NCBI RefSeq assembly: GCF_001194135.2
Contig: NC_068983.1
Span: forward strand, 164,304,957-164,368,956
DNA length: 64,000 nt
Direction of reading: 5' to 3'
Source: Octopus bimaculoides
Lineage: Eukaryota
How positions within the stretch are numbered: the first letter of the stretch is position 1; each line of letters starts with the position of its first letter. Of the stretch, positions 24,866 to 38,212 are shown piece after piece. The position numbers and the translations under genes were made by a program. The notes beneath the pieces are model-generated. The model was not told the origin of the DNA. It was given only the letters and a program-made list of their open reading frames with translations, and made no database searches.

Positions 24866-25158
24866 CTTTTAAAATATTTTCAAGAATTCAACTGTTTCCT
24901 CCACATTAGGAAACCTTAGTAAATGGCACTGACAGTGTCTGATTTTTGAATATAAATTACTTATGTAAGAGGGAAGGAGTCTTTGATTAATTTTGGTTGT
25001 TTCTTGGAATTTATGAGAGATTTTGATGTGGCTGTTAGCAGTTGTTACCATGGCTTCCTTCGTGTATCTCTATGTGTGAGTCTAGTTGTATGTCTGTGTG
25101 TGAAAAACTGTGTGTGACAGTCCAATCTATGTATGTGTCTGTGTGCGCATATATATAA

Positions 25159-25203
<45 letters not shown>

Positions 25204-25619
25204 AATGATGAACTCTGTTGAATAGGAATTCAGGTAGTTAGATAGATAGATAGAGAGAGAGAGAAAGTGACGGAGAGGAAGAGAGAGAGAAATAGACAGA
25301 GAGAGAAAGAAAATTNNNNNNNNNNNNNNNNNNNNNNNNNNNNNNNNNNNNNNNNNNNNNNNNNNNNNNNNNNNNNNNNNNNNNNNNNNNNNNNNNNNNN
25401 NNNNNNNNNNNNNNNNNNNNNNNNNNNNNNNNNNNNNNNNNNNNNNNNNNNNNNNNNNNNNNNNNNNNNNNNNNNNNNNNNNNNNNNNNNNNNNNNNNNN
25501 NNNNNNNNNNNNNNNNNNNNNNNNNNNNNNNNNNNNNNNNNNNNNNNNNNNNNNNNNNNNNNNNNNNNNNNNNNNNNNNNNNNNNNNNNNNNNNNNNNNN
25601 NNNNNNNNNNNNNNNNNNN

Positions 25620-25663
<44 letters not shown>

Positions 25664-25994
25664 GAGAGAGAGAAAGAGAAAGAGAGAGAATTAGGAATGA
25701 TGTGATATCCATAATAGAATCATTGGTATTGATATTAATTCCTGCTTCTGACTCTTTCACTCCCTTGTGCCAGCCTAAATGCATTTGGAAAGCCAGGTAT
25801 GACACTAAAACCAAATTCTACAGCCTTCATTAGTCATTAATGAATATAATAATTGATGAGACATAAAGTAATTTTATTAATTTAGCCTGCAAATCCACGG
25901 GTTAAATGCATATCTCTATTATCATCATTTCTCACTCTCTTTCCTTTCACCTCTCTTTCTCTTTTTTCCTCTCTAACTGCTTATCTATCTCCCT

Positions 25995-26058
<64 letters not shown>

Positions 26059-26587
26059 CTATTTATCTATCTATTTATCTAGCTAGCTATCTATCTACCT
26101 CTCTCTCTCTCTTTATCTATTATTCTGTCTGTCTATCTTCCTCTTTGTACTCTCCATGTCTGTCACCCCCCACCCCCCCCAATATGCTGTATCCATCAAG
26201 AGCTGTTGACTTTCTGCATTCATAAGTTCTGAGGCTAATGGTTTGTCTGGTGTCACACTGCAACAGACACAGATTCATTTCTAACTGAGTTGACAGGGAA
26301 AATGTGAAATGAAGAACCTTACCCAAGGACACAATGCACTGACCAGTGCCAGAAGACATATTTAATATGTCTTCAACAACACAGAGCCACTGGACTTTAT
26401 GTCGTCAAGAAATGACCACACTGTCACCATTTCACATTTTGTGGCCAACCTCAGTAATGGCTGAAAGAGTACAATCACAAATAGAAGTGGCCGAGATAAG
26501 GGTTCACTGATGTATCTCTGAAGGGACATTACATGACAGGCTGTATTGCACAGTAATCAGAGGCCTCCTTGGGTCAAGTCACTACAA

Positions 26588-26672
26588 GCATATGGCGTAG
26601 TGGGTAAGAGCGCGGGCTACTAACCCCAAGATTCCGAGTTCGATTCCAGGTAGTGACCTGAATAATAATAAT

Positions 26673-26718
<46 letters not shown>
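26588..26718 (+). mobile_element. Family D tRNA head plus (AAT)n, hammerhead tail absent
   Basis: Near-identical to 6191-6280: tatggcgtagtgggtaagagcgcgggctactaaccccaagattccgagttcgattccagg. Confidence 0.8.
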
Positions 26719-26719
<1 letters not shown>

Positions 26720-26859
26720 TGATGACGTCAAAAAAAGTCACTATTTCTCTGCACTAAGGGGTGTCATGGATCTAAGAATATTGATATTTGATTAGAATGT
26801 CAGAGGAAAGAATCACAAGATGGAACCTTCAAGCCAAACCAACCAAGAAGAAACTAAAG

Positions 26860-26892
<33 letters not shown>

Positions 26893-27050
26893 GGGCTTCT
26901 TTCAGTTTCCATCTACCAAATCCACTCACAAAGCTGTGGTTGACCTGAGGCTATAGTAGAAGACACTTGCCCAAGATGTCACGCAGTGGGACTGAACCCA
27001 GAACCATGTGGCTGGGAAACAAGCTTCCTACCATACAGCCGTGCTTGCAC
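26893..27050 (-). mobile_element. SINE family A head half
   Basis: Family A motifs. Confidence 0.8.
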
Positions 27051-27298
27051 CAAAACATATATATATACATATACAAATATATGTATATGTATGAGAGGTT
27101 TTGATATCCAGAAGACCCAAAAGGCAGGTAAGGCTATGTAAGTGCTACAAAAGGACCGTAGTTAGACTCCCGGTTTGATAACAGTATGAGTGAGGAGTTT
27201 AATGTGGGTCATGTGTGAGCATGTATATGTTAAATAAAATGAGACAACAAAGCCAAGGAAGTGTGAAATTTCTAGGACATTTATAGAGAGAAAAGTAG

Positions 27299-27344
27299 TC
27301 TTACAGCTGTTTCAGGGATATGAGGGATATTCCTTCATCAGAGA
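27299..27344 (-). ncRNA. Minimal type I hammerhead ribozyme
   Basis: TCT CTGATGA AGGAATAT ccctc ATATCCCT GAA ACAGCTGT A AGA: intact core, palindromic stem III, GUA cleavage triplet. Confidence 0.8.
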
Positions 27345-27423
27345 TGATATGAGAGAGTTAACTAGATGGAAATAGAGGGAAAATAAACTCTACTGTTTCC
27401 CTCTATTTAACTTGCACATATCA

Positions 27424-27469
27424 TCTCTGATGAAGGAATACCCCTCACATCCCTGAAACAGTTGTAAGA
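27424..27469 (+). ncRNA. Minimal type I hammerhead ribozyme (second arm)
   Basis: TCT CTGATGA AGGAATAC ccctc ACATCCCT GAA ACAGTTGT A AGA: intact core, weaker stem II, palindrome broken. Confidence 0.7.
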
Positions 27470-27829
27470 CTACTTTTCTCTTTATAAATGTCCTAGAAAT
27501 TTTTCACTGCCTTGGTTTTGCTGTCTCATTTTATTTAACATATATATATGTATGTATGTATAAAGGGAGAGTGAGAGAAAGAAAGAGAGAACAAGCGAAA
27601 GACATGACATGTGTGTATAAATATGTTTATATGTGTAAGTATTAATTAGTTACAGGATTCAATAGAATCTAGGCACATCAATTGTCAGGATGCCAAAAAT
27701 GGCCAGGTACAATAACAGGTACTTATGTATCTACAGTGTCCTACAAACACTTGATACCTTCGGTGCTGTTTTACCTATATGTATCTGTATAGACCTCACC
27801 ATTGTTGCCTCCACAGAAAAAGCATCCAG

Positions 27830-28000
27830 GCCACTCTGAAAATGGTTGGCATTGGGTAGGGTACCACACCTTAAAAACCATTCCAAAGTAGACAGTAGAG
27901 CTTGTTGCAGTCCTCTGGCTTGCCAGCTCCTGTCAAGCCGTCCAACCCATGCCAGCATGGAAAACGGACGTCAGATCAAGTTAACGACGATGACAACAAT
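27830..28000 (+). mobile_element. RTE LINE 3' fragment (diverged)
   Basis: gccgtccaacccatgccagcatggaaaacggacg tail. Confidence 0.7.
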
Positions 28001-28099
28001 GATGATGATGATGATTATTATGATGATGCACATATATTAACCGAATGTAACCTTTACAATATATGTTCAATACTCTAATTTTTTGTCAGTACAACTCTC

Positions 28100-28105
28100 T
28101 GTATG

Positions 28106-28155
<50 letters not shown>

Positions 28156-28506
28156 CGGGTTTATACTGGCACTCAAACACACACACACACATATAGACAT
28201 GCATATAAACCCATACATAAATATTATCGAAGGAAAAGTAAAATATATTAATGCATGACGGTATACCTGTGTACAGAAATATATGCAAGTCTATGTCTGT
28301 CTGTGTGTCTTAGTCACACACACATAGATATATGCGCGCACACACACACACATACACAAACACACACTTTCTCTCTCCCTTGTTATGTATGTCTTCAGGC
28401 ATTTATGTAAATATAAATAAATATATATAAATGTGTATTTATGATATAAATATATATATATATACATATACATACATACATACACACATACGTATAAACA
28501 TACACA

Positions 28507-28540
<34 letters not shown>

Positions 28541-28783
28541 AATAGATATATATATATATACATAGGGACAGAGAGAATGGAAAAGAGAGTTGTATACATT
28601 CATATACATGTGTACAATCATACACATAGAAATACATATACATACATATACATACATACATACATATATATATTCACGTATATATATCTATATATATATA
28701 TGTATATATGTATATATATGTATGTATACATATGTATATTATATACATACATACATACATATATATGTATATATATATAAATG

Positions 28784-28830
<47 letters not shown>
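28100..28830. repeat. Compound (TG)/(CA)/(TA)/(TACA)n microsatellite field
   Basis: Directly visible. Confidence 0.9.
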
Positions 28831-28831
<1 letters not shown>

Positions 28832-29224
28832 CAAACACACGCATCTATATTTTACTTATTTTCTCTGAATACACTTGCAAGATCCTCCTGCATTAATTTA
28901 CCCATAGATTAAACACCAAACAAATGCAGCTGGCGTAAACTTGTGCACAAAACCACGCAAAGCCCATTGCATCTTTAGATATCTCAACCTCATACCATTA
29001 GATGCAACATGTTTTTGTTTTTATATATTTATTTATTCTGCTTCTGATTTTTGTTTCTTTTTATTTTTTAGTTGTGGAATATATTTTACTGTCTTTGATT
29101 TATGTCACGTTATTTTCTCATAATGACATATTTACATAGCATTTTTGGGGGTTGTTTTGAGGTTTTATTTTTATTTACTTCTGTTTTATAACTTCATTTT
29201 ATATATAAGTGTCACTAGCTTTAT

Positions 29225-29230
29225 TATTAA

Positions 29231-29278
<48 letters not shown>

Positions 29279-29296
29279 CATTATTATAATCATCAC

Positions 29297-29343
<47 letters not shown>

Positions 29344-29471
29344 CCATCATTATCACCATCACCATCACCATCATCACCATCACCATCATCATCAAAGGGT
29401 GTGATAGTAATATAATGATTAGAGTAAGTTAAAAAATAATAATGATAATAACAATAAAAATAATAATAATA

Positions 29472-29539
<68 letters not shown>

Positions 29540-29540
29540 A
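29225..29540. repeat. Compound (ATT)n/(ATC)n and (AAT)n/(GAT)n tracts
   Basis: Directly visible. Confidence 0.9.
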
Positions 29541-29574
29541 GGAACAACAAAAACAGTAATAATGATAAAAATTA

Positions 29575-29795
29575 AGGCGGTGACGTGGCAGAATCGTTAG
29601 CGTGCAGAGTGAAATGCTTTGTTGGCATTTCACTAGTTGTTACGTTCCGAGCTCAAATTCCACCGAGGTCCACTTTGCCTTTCATCCTTTCGGGGGCCAA
29701 CAAAATATGCACCAGCTGAATATTGGTATGGGGATCGATATAATTGACTCGCCCCATCGCCTGAAATTGCTGGTCTTGTGTCAAAATTTGAAACC
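29575..29795 (+). mobile_element. SINE family B
   Basis: aaggcggtgacgtggcagaatcgttagc...gagctcaaattccaccgaggtccactttgcctttcatcctttcggg. Confidence 0.85.
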
Positions 29796-29844
<49 letters not shown>

Positions 29845-30429
29845 TTGATGATGATAAAGAGTATTAAGCTTGCAAAGGTGACACTACAGTGTTCTGTTGT
29901 GTTGTTATTACACATCGACATCATATTGCAAAACACATGATCACTGTGAAAGAGAATTATGAAAGTGAAGGGAAACTAATGAAAAATTGAGGAAACTATC
30001 AATCTGAATACACTTGTGGATGTATGGAAATTTTATAAAAATATATGAACAAGATCTTAGAAATTGAAGTAAAAAAAAACTCGTAGGAAGATCACATAAC
30101 GTAAATAAAATGAAAGAAACATGAAAGTGGTGACCTTTCCTAACCAATAAATGCATTGTAACTGAATCCATCATGTATAAAATAGATAAACCTCAAAAAC
30201 ACATATGATAAATGAGCCCTCAAAGTAATGTAAAAATACGACGGAAGCCACTAGCCATGAAACAAATAAGGTATTACAACAGATAAAAGTAGAAACAAAA
30301 TATGGCAGAACACTGAAAAATGGTGATGGAAGCCATACAAGTTAACATAGAAATGTTTAAGCAAATATTCTGCCACAATGAAAAACTGTATGTTTGAGTT
30401 TTTGTCAAACAACAAAAGGAATAAACACA

Positions 30430-30659
30430 TTAGCCCTTTTGATACAAATCCGGTTGAAACCAGCTCTGGTTCTGTAGTAGAAATGTCTTGTTTTCATAAG
30501 TTTTGAATTAAAAACTTCTACCAAACCTTAGTCCCAATTTATGTTCCTAACACTAGCTGAATGACAACTAAGTTATTTTACTAAATTCTTTGTTATATTG
30601 AAAATTAATTGAAAGAAACACAGAGCATCTCAACAGAAATATGGTAATAAAAAGGTTAA
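30430..30659. mobile_element. piggyBac-like MITE
   Basis: ttag-cccttttgatac ... gtaataaaaagg-TTAA termini; the right half is the reverse complement of the remnant at 19069-19165. Confidence 0.65.
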
Positions 30660-31749
30660 AACAGGCTGACAAGAGTTCACTTTGAGGAATTATCTGAACT
30701 ATTAAAGGAAATTTTACCTGTGATTGTGTTAAATTATAAGGCACCAAAAGAAAATGACTCTCCCCAGACACAACAGAATTCACTGCATTTGTTTCAGGTA
30801 ATAGAAAAAAATGCAGTATATACAGAAAAATATCATGGCTATAATTAAGATGGTGTTTAGAAAATAGATTAAGATGAAATTTTGTTGGAAGGTTTTAATT
30901 TAAATCATTTTTAAAACAGGAAGATTGTATCCCAGAACTAGGGTTGAGCTCAGGTAGGTTGGTATCCAAAAAAGGTTCAAATACTCTGTCAGGTGTCATT
31001 TAGCTTAACAGAACTGGAATTTGAGAGGTGCAGAGTTCAGTTCCCCATAGAGATTTGCTGGCCAACTTTCAAAGGGTTAAAATAGTTTAAATTAAAACCT
31101 TACAATATTTTATTTTAATTGATGATTCTAAAAACAGCTTATGAAGGACAAAATTATTTTGATAAATTCTTTATTATTTTATAAGTTAATTGAAATAAAG
31201 TTCATGCATTTCAGCAAAAATATGATACATAAAGGATTAAAAGTGATCGAAATTAAAGTATTTTCTCAAAATTCCAGGTTATATTCCTAAAACCCAATTA
31301 GTAATGACAAAAGGCTGGAGTCTTCATAACATTCATCTGATAAGAGGATGATGATGATGATGATGATGATGGTGGCGGGAGTGTGGTAGTAGTGGTGGCA
31401 GTGACGGTGATGATGATGATTATGATGCTGATGATGATGCTGATGACAATGCTGCTCATGCCGATATGGATGATGATGATGATGATGATGCTGTTGCTGC
31501 TGTTGATGACGATGGTGACCATGCTGGATGACGATGATGATAATACTGACAACAATTAATTAAAGAAAGACTCGTTATCAATACATCATCATCATCATCA
31601 TCGATCAGCCATCCCAACCGGCCACATCCCCCAACACACCCACCAATCCTTCCCCTCAACTCCTCCTCCCCTCAGTAGAGTCCCCAACCGTTCATCTCAC
31701 TTGTAAGTCAAATTGTAGTCTCTGCTGCAGCAAGGTGTGCACTCCTTAC

Positions 31750-32048
31750 CTTAATGGTTCTTGTTGTCATGGCTGCGAGGTGACACCTTTCTACCTTGCT
31801 GTCTCCTTTTTTTCTTTTATTTACCTGCCTATTTTTATTTATTCATTCATTTATTTATTTTATTTTATTTACCTTTAACTTCAAAAAGGAAACAAACAAA
31901 TAAACATATGTAAACTAAGAAAAAACAACAACAACAACAGCAACAGTAATAACAATAATAATAATAATAAAAAAAATAACGATAACAATAAGAATAGTAT
32001 TATTATTATCATTATCATTATTATTAATAACAGCAACAACAACAACAA

Positions 32049-32104
<56 letters not shown>

Positions 32105-32250
32105 ATAATGATGATGATGATAGTAATGATGATAAGAACGACAATAACCCTGACTGAAATATAGGAAATGGATAAAATGAAAGTCGCAGCTGCCTCTGGG
32201 GTATGATGACTGTGGAGTCTGAAGTGATGTGGTGCCTCTTTGATAGGAAA
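31750..32250 (-). other. Candidate 5' exon ending in ATG ACA ACA AGA ACC ATT AAG (MTTRTIK) and a GTAAGG donor
   Basis: Acceptor ccatttcgttttcAG ending at 32251; gcagccATG at 31770; AAG|GTAAGG donor at 31749; lies in a SINE-free island. Confidence 0.3.
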
Positions 32251-32387
32251 CTGAAAACGAAATGGATGTACAGATATATCTATATCTATATTTATATCTA
32301 TATCTATATATATGTATATATATATTCACACACACACACACAAACACAAACATACACACTCACATACACACATATACATAATATATA

Positions 32388-32442
<55 letters not shown>

Positions 32443-32445
32443 TAA

Positions 32446-32490
<45 letters not shown>

Positions 32491-32594
32491 CAGATAGATA
32501 GATAGACAAATAGGAAAATAAGGAGAGAGAAAGAGAAGGAGTGAGAGAAAGCACAGAGAACTAGAGAAAGAAAGAAAAAAAAAGAAATGCAGAA

Positions 32595-32651
<57 letters not shown>

Positions 32652-32779
32652 TAGAGAAGTGGAAAGAGACATGGATAAATATCAAAACGATGGGGAACAC
32701 AGTGGGATGGAGAAGGATAGATCCCAAAAGGAATGACGTCCCCACTTCACATACACTATACACACACACATGTATGTAA

Positions 32780-32814
<35 letters not shown>

Positions 32815-33269
32815 GATAGAGAGAGAGAGACATAGCATATGCAGATATAAATATTTATACACACACTCATGTACATAGATATATGCATATGTGTGACCGT
32901 GCATACATATGCATATATATACATATATCCTCCATGCATACATAAATACACACATACATACATCATACACTCACACACACATACATGGAAAAAATGAGAA
33001 AGCGTGACACTGTGACAGTAAGAGAGAGAGAGAAAGAAAGAAAGAGAGAGGAAGCAATAATATGAATATTATGGTGACGGAGTTAGTGAAGGATAAAGAC
33101 AAATAAACAAGAAAGAAAATTAAAATAAAGAAAATCCAACCAATGAAAGGAGGAGGTCAAGGAAGAATTTGGTTTGATGTAAAGAATGGAAGGAAAGCAA
33201 AATAAAAGAAAATAGCAAAAGAGAGAGAAAAACCGAAGAATCGATATAGAGGCGCTGTGGAGGTTTGTC

Positions 33270-33319
33270 ATGTTCCTACTGTGTTATATTGGTGTTTTGG
33301 TATCGAGTTATTTATTATG
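33270..33319 (+). CDS. Candidate first coding exon, hydrophobic MFLLCYIGVLVSSYLL
   Basis: In-frame upstream TAG at 33213; TG|GTAAGC donor at 33320; signal-peptide-like; partner exons unconfirmed. Confidence 0.2.
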
Positions 33320-33574
33320 GTAAGCATACCTCTATGGCATTGAAGTCATTTTCAATATTGGTTATTTACTACTGAAGATCTACAGCAGTGTTTTCTAACC
33401 ATTTCTTGCCGTTGGACCTCTTTGATTCCTCTTTCACCCAGATGGGACCCCATAACCCTTTGATGTTTTAAAAATCTTAGATTTTAAAAATTATTAGGAA
33501 TTCTACAAAAAAAAAAAAATGTTGTTAAAATATTTTCTGCATTGTAGAAGTAAAACTACTTTTCTTTTTTTATT

Positions 33575-34160
33575 CTTTTATTTGTTTCAGTCATTTGACT
33601 GTGGCCATGCTGGAGCACTGCTTTTAGTCAAACAAATCGACCCCCAAGAATTATTCTATGTAAGCCTAGTACTTATTCTATCGGTCTCTTTTGCCGAACC
33701 GCTACGTTACAGGGATGTAAACACGACAGCATCGGTTGTCAAGCGATAGTGGGTGTGGGGGACAAACATAGACACATAAACCATGCAAATGGCACCTGTA
33801 CCAGTGACATGTAAAAGCATCCATTATACTCTCAGATTGGTTGGTGTTAGGAAGAGCATCCAGCCATAGAAACACCATGTCAGATCAGACTGGAGTCTGG
33901 TGCAGCCTTCCAGCCTGCCAGCCCTGGTCAAACCGTCCAACCCATGCCAGCATGGACAACGGACATTAAATGATGATGATGATGATGATGATGATGATAC
34001 ATAATAGGCTTCTTTCAGTTTCCGTCTACCAAACCCATTCACAAGGCTTTGGACGGCCCTAGGCTATAGTAGAAGACACATGCCCAAGGTGCCAAGCAGT
34101 GGGATTGAACCCAGAACCATGTGGTTGGAAAGCAAGCTTCTAACCACACAGTCACACCTG
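33575..34160 (-). mobile_element. SINE family A split by a plus-strand RTE 3' fragment (about 33790-33997)
   Basis: Tail half 33575-33775 and head half 34005-34160 flank a canonical RTE tail. Confidence 0.85.
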
Positions 34161-35009
34161 CATCATAAATTGCCCATGAACTTTTAACAACAAAATTTTA
34201 CATGGACCGCCCACAAGGGCCATATGGATGGATGCCCTAGAGACATGGACTCGAATTGAAAACCTCTAATCTTGAGCTGTGTACAGGTTTTGGTATTGCG
34301 ATGGTTTCAGGCCCCCAGAGAGAAGAATATTCTTAGGTGTAGGGAAGTGCAATATTTCCTTCATTTATTTCTAAGGTTGATCTTTGACCCAAGGCTGCAT
34401 CCATTATCATCTGACTCAGTCTCTTTCACCTGCTTTTCTCATGCTTCACCGCCTCATCCCACATCCTCCTGGGTCTGCCTCTCAGGTCCTGTGTTGATGC
34501 AGCCTCTTGTCTTGACCTCAAATGATGGTCATAAATGGACATCTCCCTTATATGAGTGATGTTATTCATTTCCAGTCTTTCCAGGACAAACATATCTCGC
34601 TATGGAGAAACAAGTGAGTGACAGGAAAGGCATCCAGCCATAGAAAATCTGCCACAACAAATTCAGTCTGATTCATTCTAGCAAGGTACATCAAAATGAT
34701 GATGATGATGATAACGATGATGGTGGTGGTGGGGGGGGGGCTGATGATGAAAGGTAAAGAGACTGAAATTGTGACTAGAAGTGGTGAATAGATTAAAGGT
34801 AATCCTGAACAGGTACGTGATGACATGGAATAAGAGTAAATAAACAAAACCTGATTACCATTCTATCAGTCACAGTTTCAGTTTGTTTGAACAAAATAAG
34901 TCAGCTGTCAACTGATTAAAGATTGCGTTTAATCACATCAATCATATTCAGTTAAGAATAGGATCACTTCACCACCAAGGAGGAGGTCGTTCATTTTTTG
35001 TCACTAGAA

Positions 35010-35220
35010 ATACTCTCTACCAGCTCTCCTTCAGGTTTCTTCTTCTTTTCCTTCTTTCTCTCTTTCATTTTATTCTTCTTCTTCTTTTCCTTCTTCTTCC
35101 TCTCCTTCTTCTTCTTCCTTTTCTCCTCCTTCTTCCTCTCCTTCTTCTTCTTCTTCTTCTTCTTCTTTTTCTCCTCCTCCTCCTCCACCTCCTCCTCCTC
35201 CTCCTCCTCCTTCTTTCATT
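35010..35220. repeat. (TTC)n/(TCC)n polypyrimidine tract
   Basis: Directly visible. Confidence 0.9.
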
Positions 35221-36195
35221 TATTATTTTTGATACTGATACAGTTATAAGTAACACCCCAAACAACCACCATCACCACAACCACCACCACCATCATCACT
35301 GGCTGCTAAGACCATTACCACCACCAATTTCACTACTGCCAGTGCAACACCACCTCCACCACCACCACCACCCTCCATAACGGTTTCTCCTCTGTTACCT
35401 TAATAACACACATCATTTCATCTTTGTTTTTCCAATATCCACAATGTCAGATGGCTTCATGATTCCCATCTTTTCTCTCAGCATCCGTGCCACAGTTAAG
35501 CGCTATTTATTGCCATCATGCAATATCACTTCTTATCATTCTTGGTGGCATAAATAGCAATGCCAAGCTGTCTAGCTACGTGTACACACACACACTTGCA
35601 AATATATGGCTCTATGTGTGTGTCAGGGCTCAAGGTAGCAGCGACTCAGACAATCACCTGGAGTGCCATGCACGAGGGGGGGGGGTCACCTGGGAGGGTG
35701 TGACANNNNNNNNNNGTGCATGTGTGTGTGAGTGCGTGTGTGTGTGTGCGTACACGTGTTTGTGTGTGCGTGTGTGTAAGTGTGCGCATGTTTGTGTGTG
35801 TGTTTGCTTGTGTGTGTGTGTATGTGTGTGCATGTTTGTGTGTGTGCATGTGTGTATGTTTGTGTGTGCGTGTGCGTGCATGCGTGTGTGTGTACGTGCT
35901 TGTGTGTGTGTGCGTGTTTGTGTGTGTGTGTGTGTGCATGTTTGTGTGTGTGTGTATGTGTGTGTGTGTTTTGTGCTTGTATTTTTCCCCAATACCCACT
36001 TGATAACCGGTGGTGGTGTGTTTACATCCCAATGATTATTGGGGTAGATTCATTTGACTAAAACGTCTTTAAGGCATTGCCCCAGTATGGCTGCAGTCTA
36101 ATGACTGAAAGAAGTTAAAGGTAAGAAGAAAAAGGTGAGTCTGGCTATGGGGGACATATTTCTGTTCCAAAGGGCCTCTCGCTCAGAGTAAAAGG

Positions 36196-36735
36196 CAGCT
36201 GTCTTACCAGAAATATGGCATCAGTAGTGCTTTTCCCTTGCACAAATCCAAACTGCATCTCATCTAAGCTGACTCTTTCCCTAATTAGTTAGGCTATGAC
36301 CTTCTCCATGACCTTCATTACCTGATCCAACAACTTGATACCTCTGTAATTATTTGTATCTAAAGCGTCACCTTTACCTTTGTAGCAGTTGACTATGGTG
36401 CTCCCACACCAGGCATTGGGTATGACTCCTTCGTGTATCACCTGGTTAACTATATGGGTGATTAGGCTATAGCCAACGCTGCCAGATATTTTGAGCATCT
36501 CTGCAGTGATTCCTAATGGGCCGGGGGCTTTCTCTGTCCTCATACTCTTGATCACTTTATCTACCAAACTACTGTTAATGAGGATAGCTTGTCCCTCTGT
36601 TGGGTCGACATACAGCAGACTCTCTTTCTCCCATTCATTCTCTTTATTAAGCAGCCTTTCATAGTGGCGTCTCCAAACCTCTCTCTTTGCAGCCTCGTTT
36701 AGTGCAAGTGAGCCATCATCCATGCAGACACATTT
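36196..36735 (-). pseudogene. RTE LINE reverse transcriptase N-terminal fragment
   Basis: KAPGPLGITAEMLK...IPNAW...IVNCYKGKGDALDTNNYRGIKLL / EMQFGFVQGKSTTDAIFLVRQL. Confidence 0.92.
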
Positions 36736-36869
36736 CTCTCCTACGACATCACAATTCTCTCCTCCGACATCACAATTCTCTCTCACACACTGTCTAATAA
36801 TAATAATAGCAATTATAGCAGTTTCAAATTATGCCACATGGGTAACAAGTTCAGGGAAGGGACCAATTC

Positions 36870-37030
36870 AGCTATGTCAACCCTGGTGTTCAACTGGTAT
36901 TTATTTTATCAATCCCCCCAAAGGACGAAAAGTGAAATTGACCTGGATGAAATTTGAACTCAGAATGTAAAGGTGGACGAAATACCGCTCAGCCTTTTGC
37001 CTGGTGTGCTAACGATTCCGCCAGCTCGCC
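36870..37030 (-). mobile_element. SINE family B
   Basis: Family B motifs, reverse complement. Confidence 0.75.
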
Positions 37031-37042
37031 AATAACAACAAC

Positions 37043-37084
<42 letters not shown>

Positions 37085-37760
37085 GATAATGATAATGATA
37101 ATGATAATGATGATAATGATAATAAATTTTGATTAGAGTCAAAAATGTGATATGTTTAGGGAAGAGAAATGCTTTGGTATGGAAATGTCTTCCCAAAGAC
37201 ATTAAGCTGCTGTTTATTGGAAACGGTGCAAATGGGAAATGGAAGAGCATTGGCTCAGCAGGGTCTTATTTCCTGCTCTGTTACGTTCACCGTTCACAGC
37301 AATAATGATAGCAACAGTGGTGGTGGTGGTGGTGGTNNNNNNNNNNNNNNNNNNNNNNNNNNNNNNNNNNNNNNNNNNNNNNNNNNNNNNNNNNNNNNNN
37401 NNNNNNNNNNNNNNNNNNNNNNNNNNNNNNNNNNNNNNNNNNNNNNNNNNNNNNNNNNNNNNNNNNNNNNNNNNNNNNNNNNNNNNNNNNNNNNNNNNNN
37501 NNNNNNNNNNNNNNNNNNNNNNNNNNNNNNNNNNNNNNNNNNNNNNNNNNNNNNNNNNNNNNNNNNNNNNNNNNNNNNNNNNNNNNNNNNNNNNNNNNNN
37601 NNNNNNNNNNNNNNNNNNNNNNNNNNNNNNNNNNNNNNNNNNNNNNNNNNNNNNNNNNNNNNNNNNNNNNNNNNNNNNNNNNNNNNNNNNNNNNNNNNNN
37701 NNNNNNNNNNNNNNNNNNNNNNNNNNNNNNNNNNNNNNNNNNNNNNNNNNNNNNNNNNNN

Positions 37761-38170
37761 TGGTGGTGGTGGTGGTGGTGGTGGTAATGGTGTGGTGGAG
37801 GCGTGTGGTGGTGATGCTGATGCTGATGGTTTTGGCGATAGTGGTAGTGGGGACAGGAGCTGAGGTGGTGGTGGTAGTGGTGGTCGTATATGACTGTGCA
37901 TGGTGGTAGTGTAGATGTTGTTGCTGTTGTTGTTGTCGGTAGTGGGTGGTGAGTGGTGGTAGTGATTATGGTGATGGTGGTGGTGTGTGGTGGTTATGCT
38001 GATGATGATGGTTGTGGCGATAGTGGTAGTGGGGACAGGAGCGGAGGTGGTGGTGGTAGTGGTGGTGGTGGTGTTCGAGGTGATGCTGATGGTAGTGGTG
38101 ATGGTGGGTGGTGACAGTGGTGGTGGTGCTGTCTGTAGTGGTAGTAGCAACAGCGTTAAGGAATAGTGAT

Positions 38171-38212
<42 letters not shown>

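Larger units (their letters stand above)
27224..27545. mobile_element. Foldback element of two inverted Penelope-like termini, each carrying a hammerhead
   Basis: 128-bp arms 27224-27351 and about 27416-27545 with 9 mismatches by eye; inner IR aaatagagggaaa/tttccctctattt. Confidence 0.85.
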
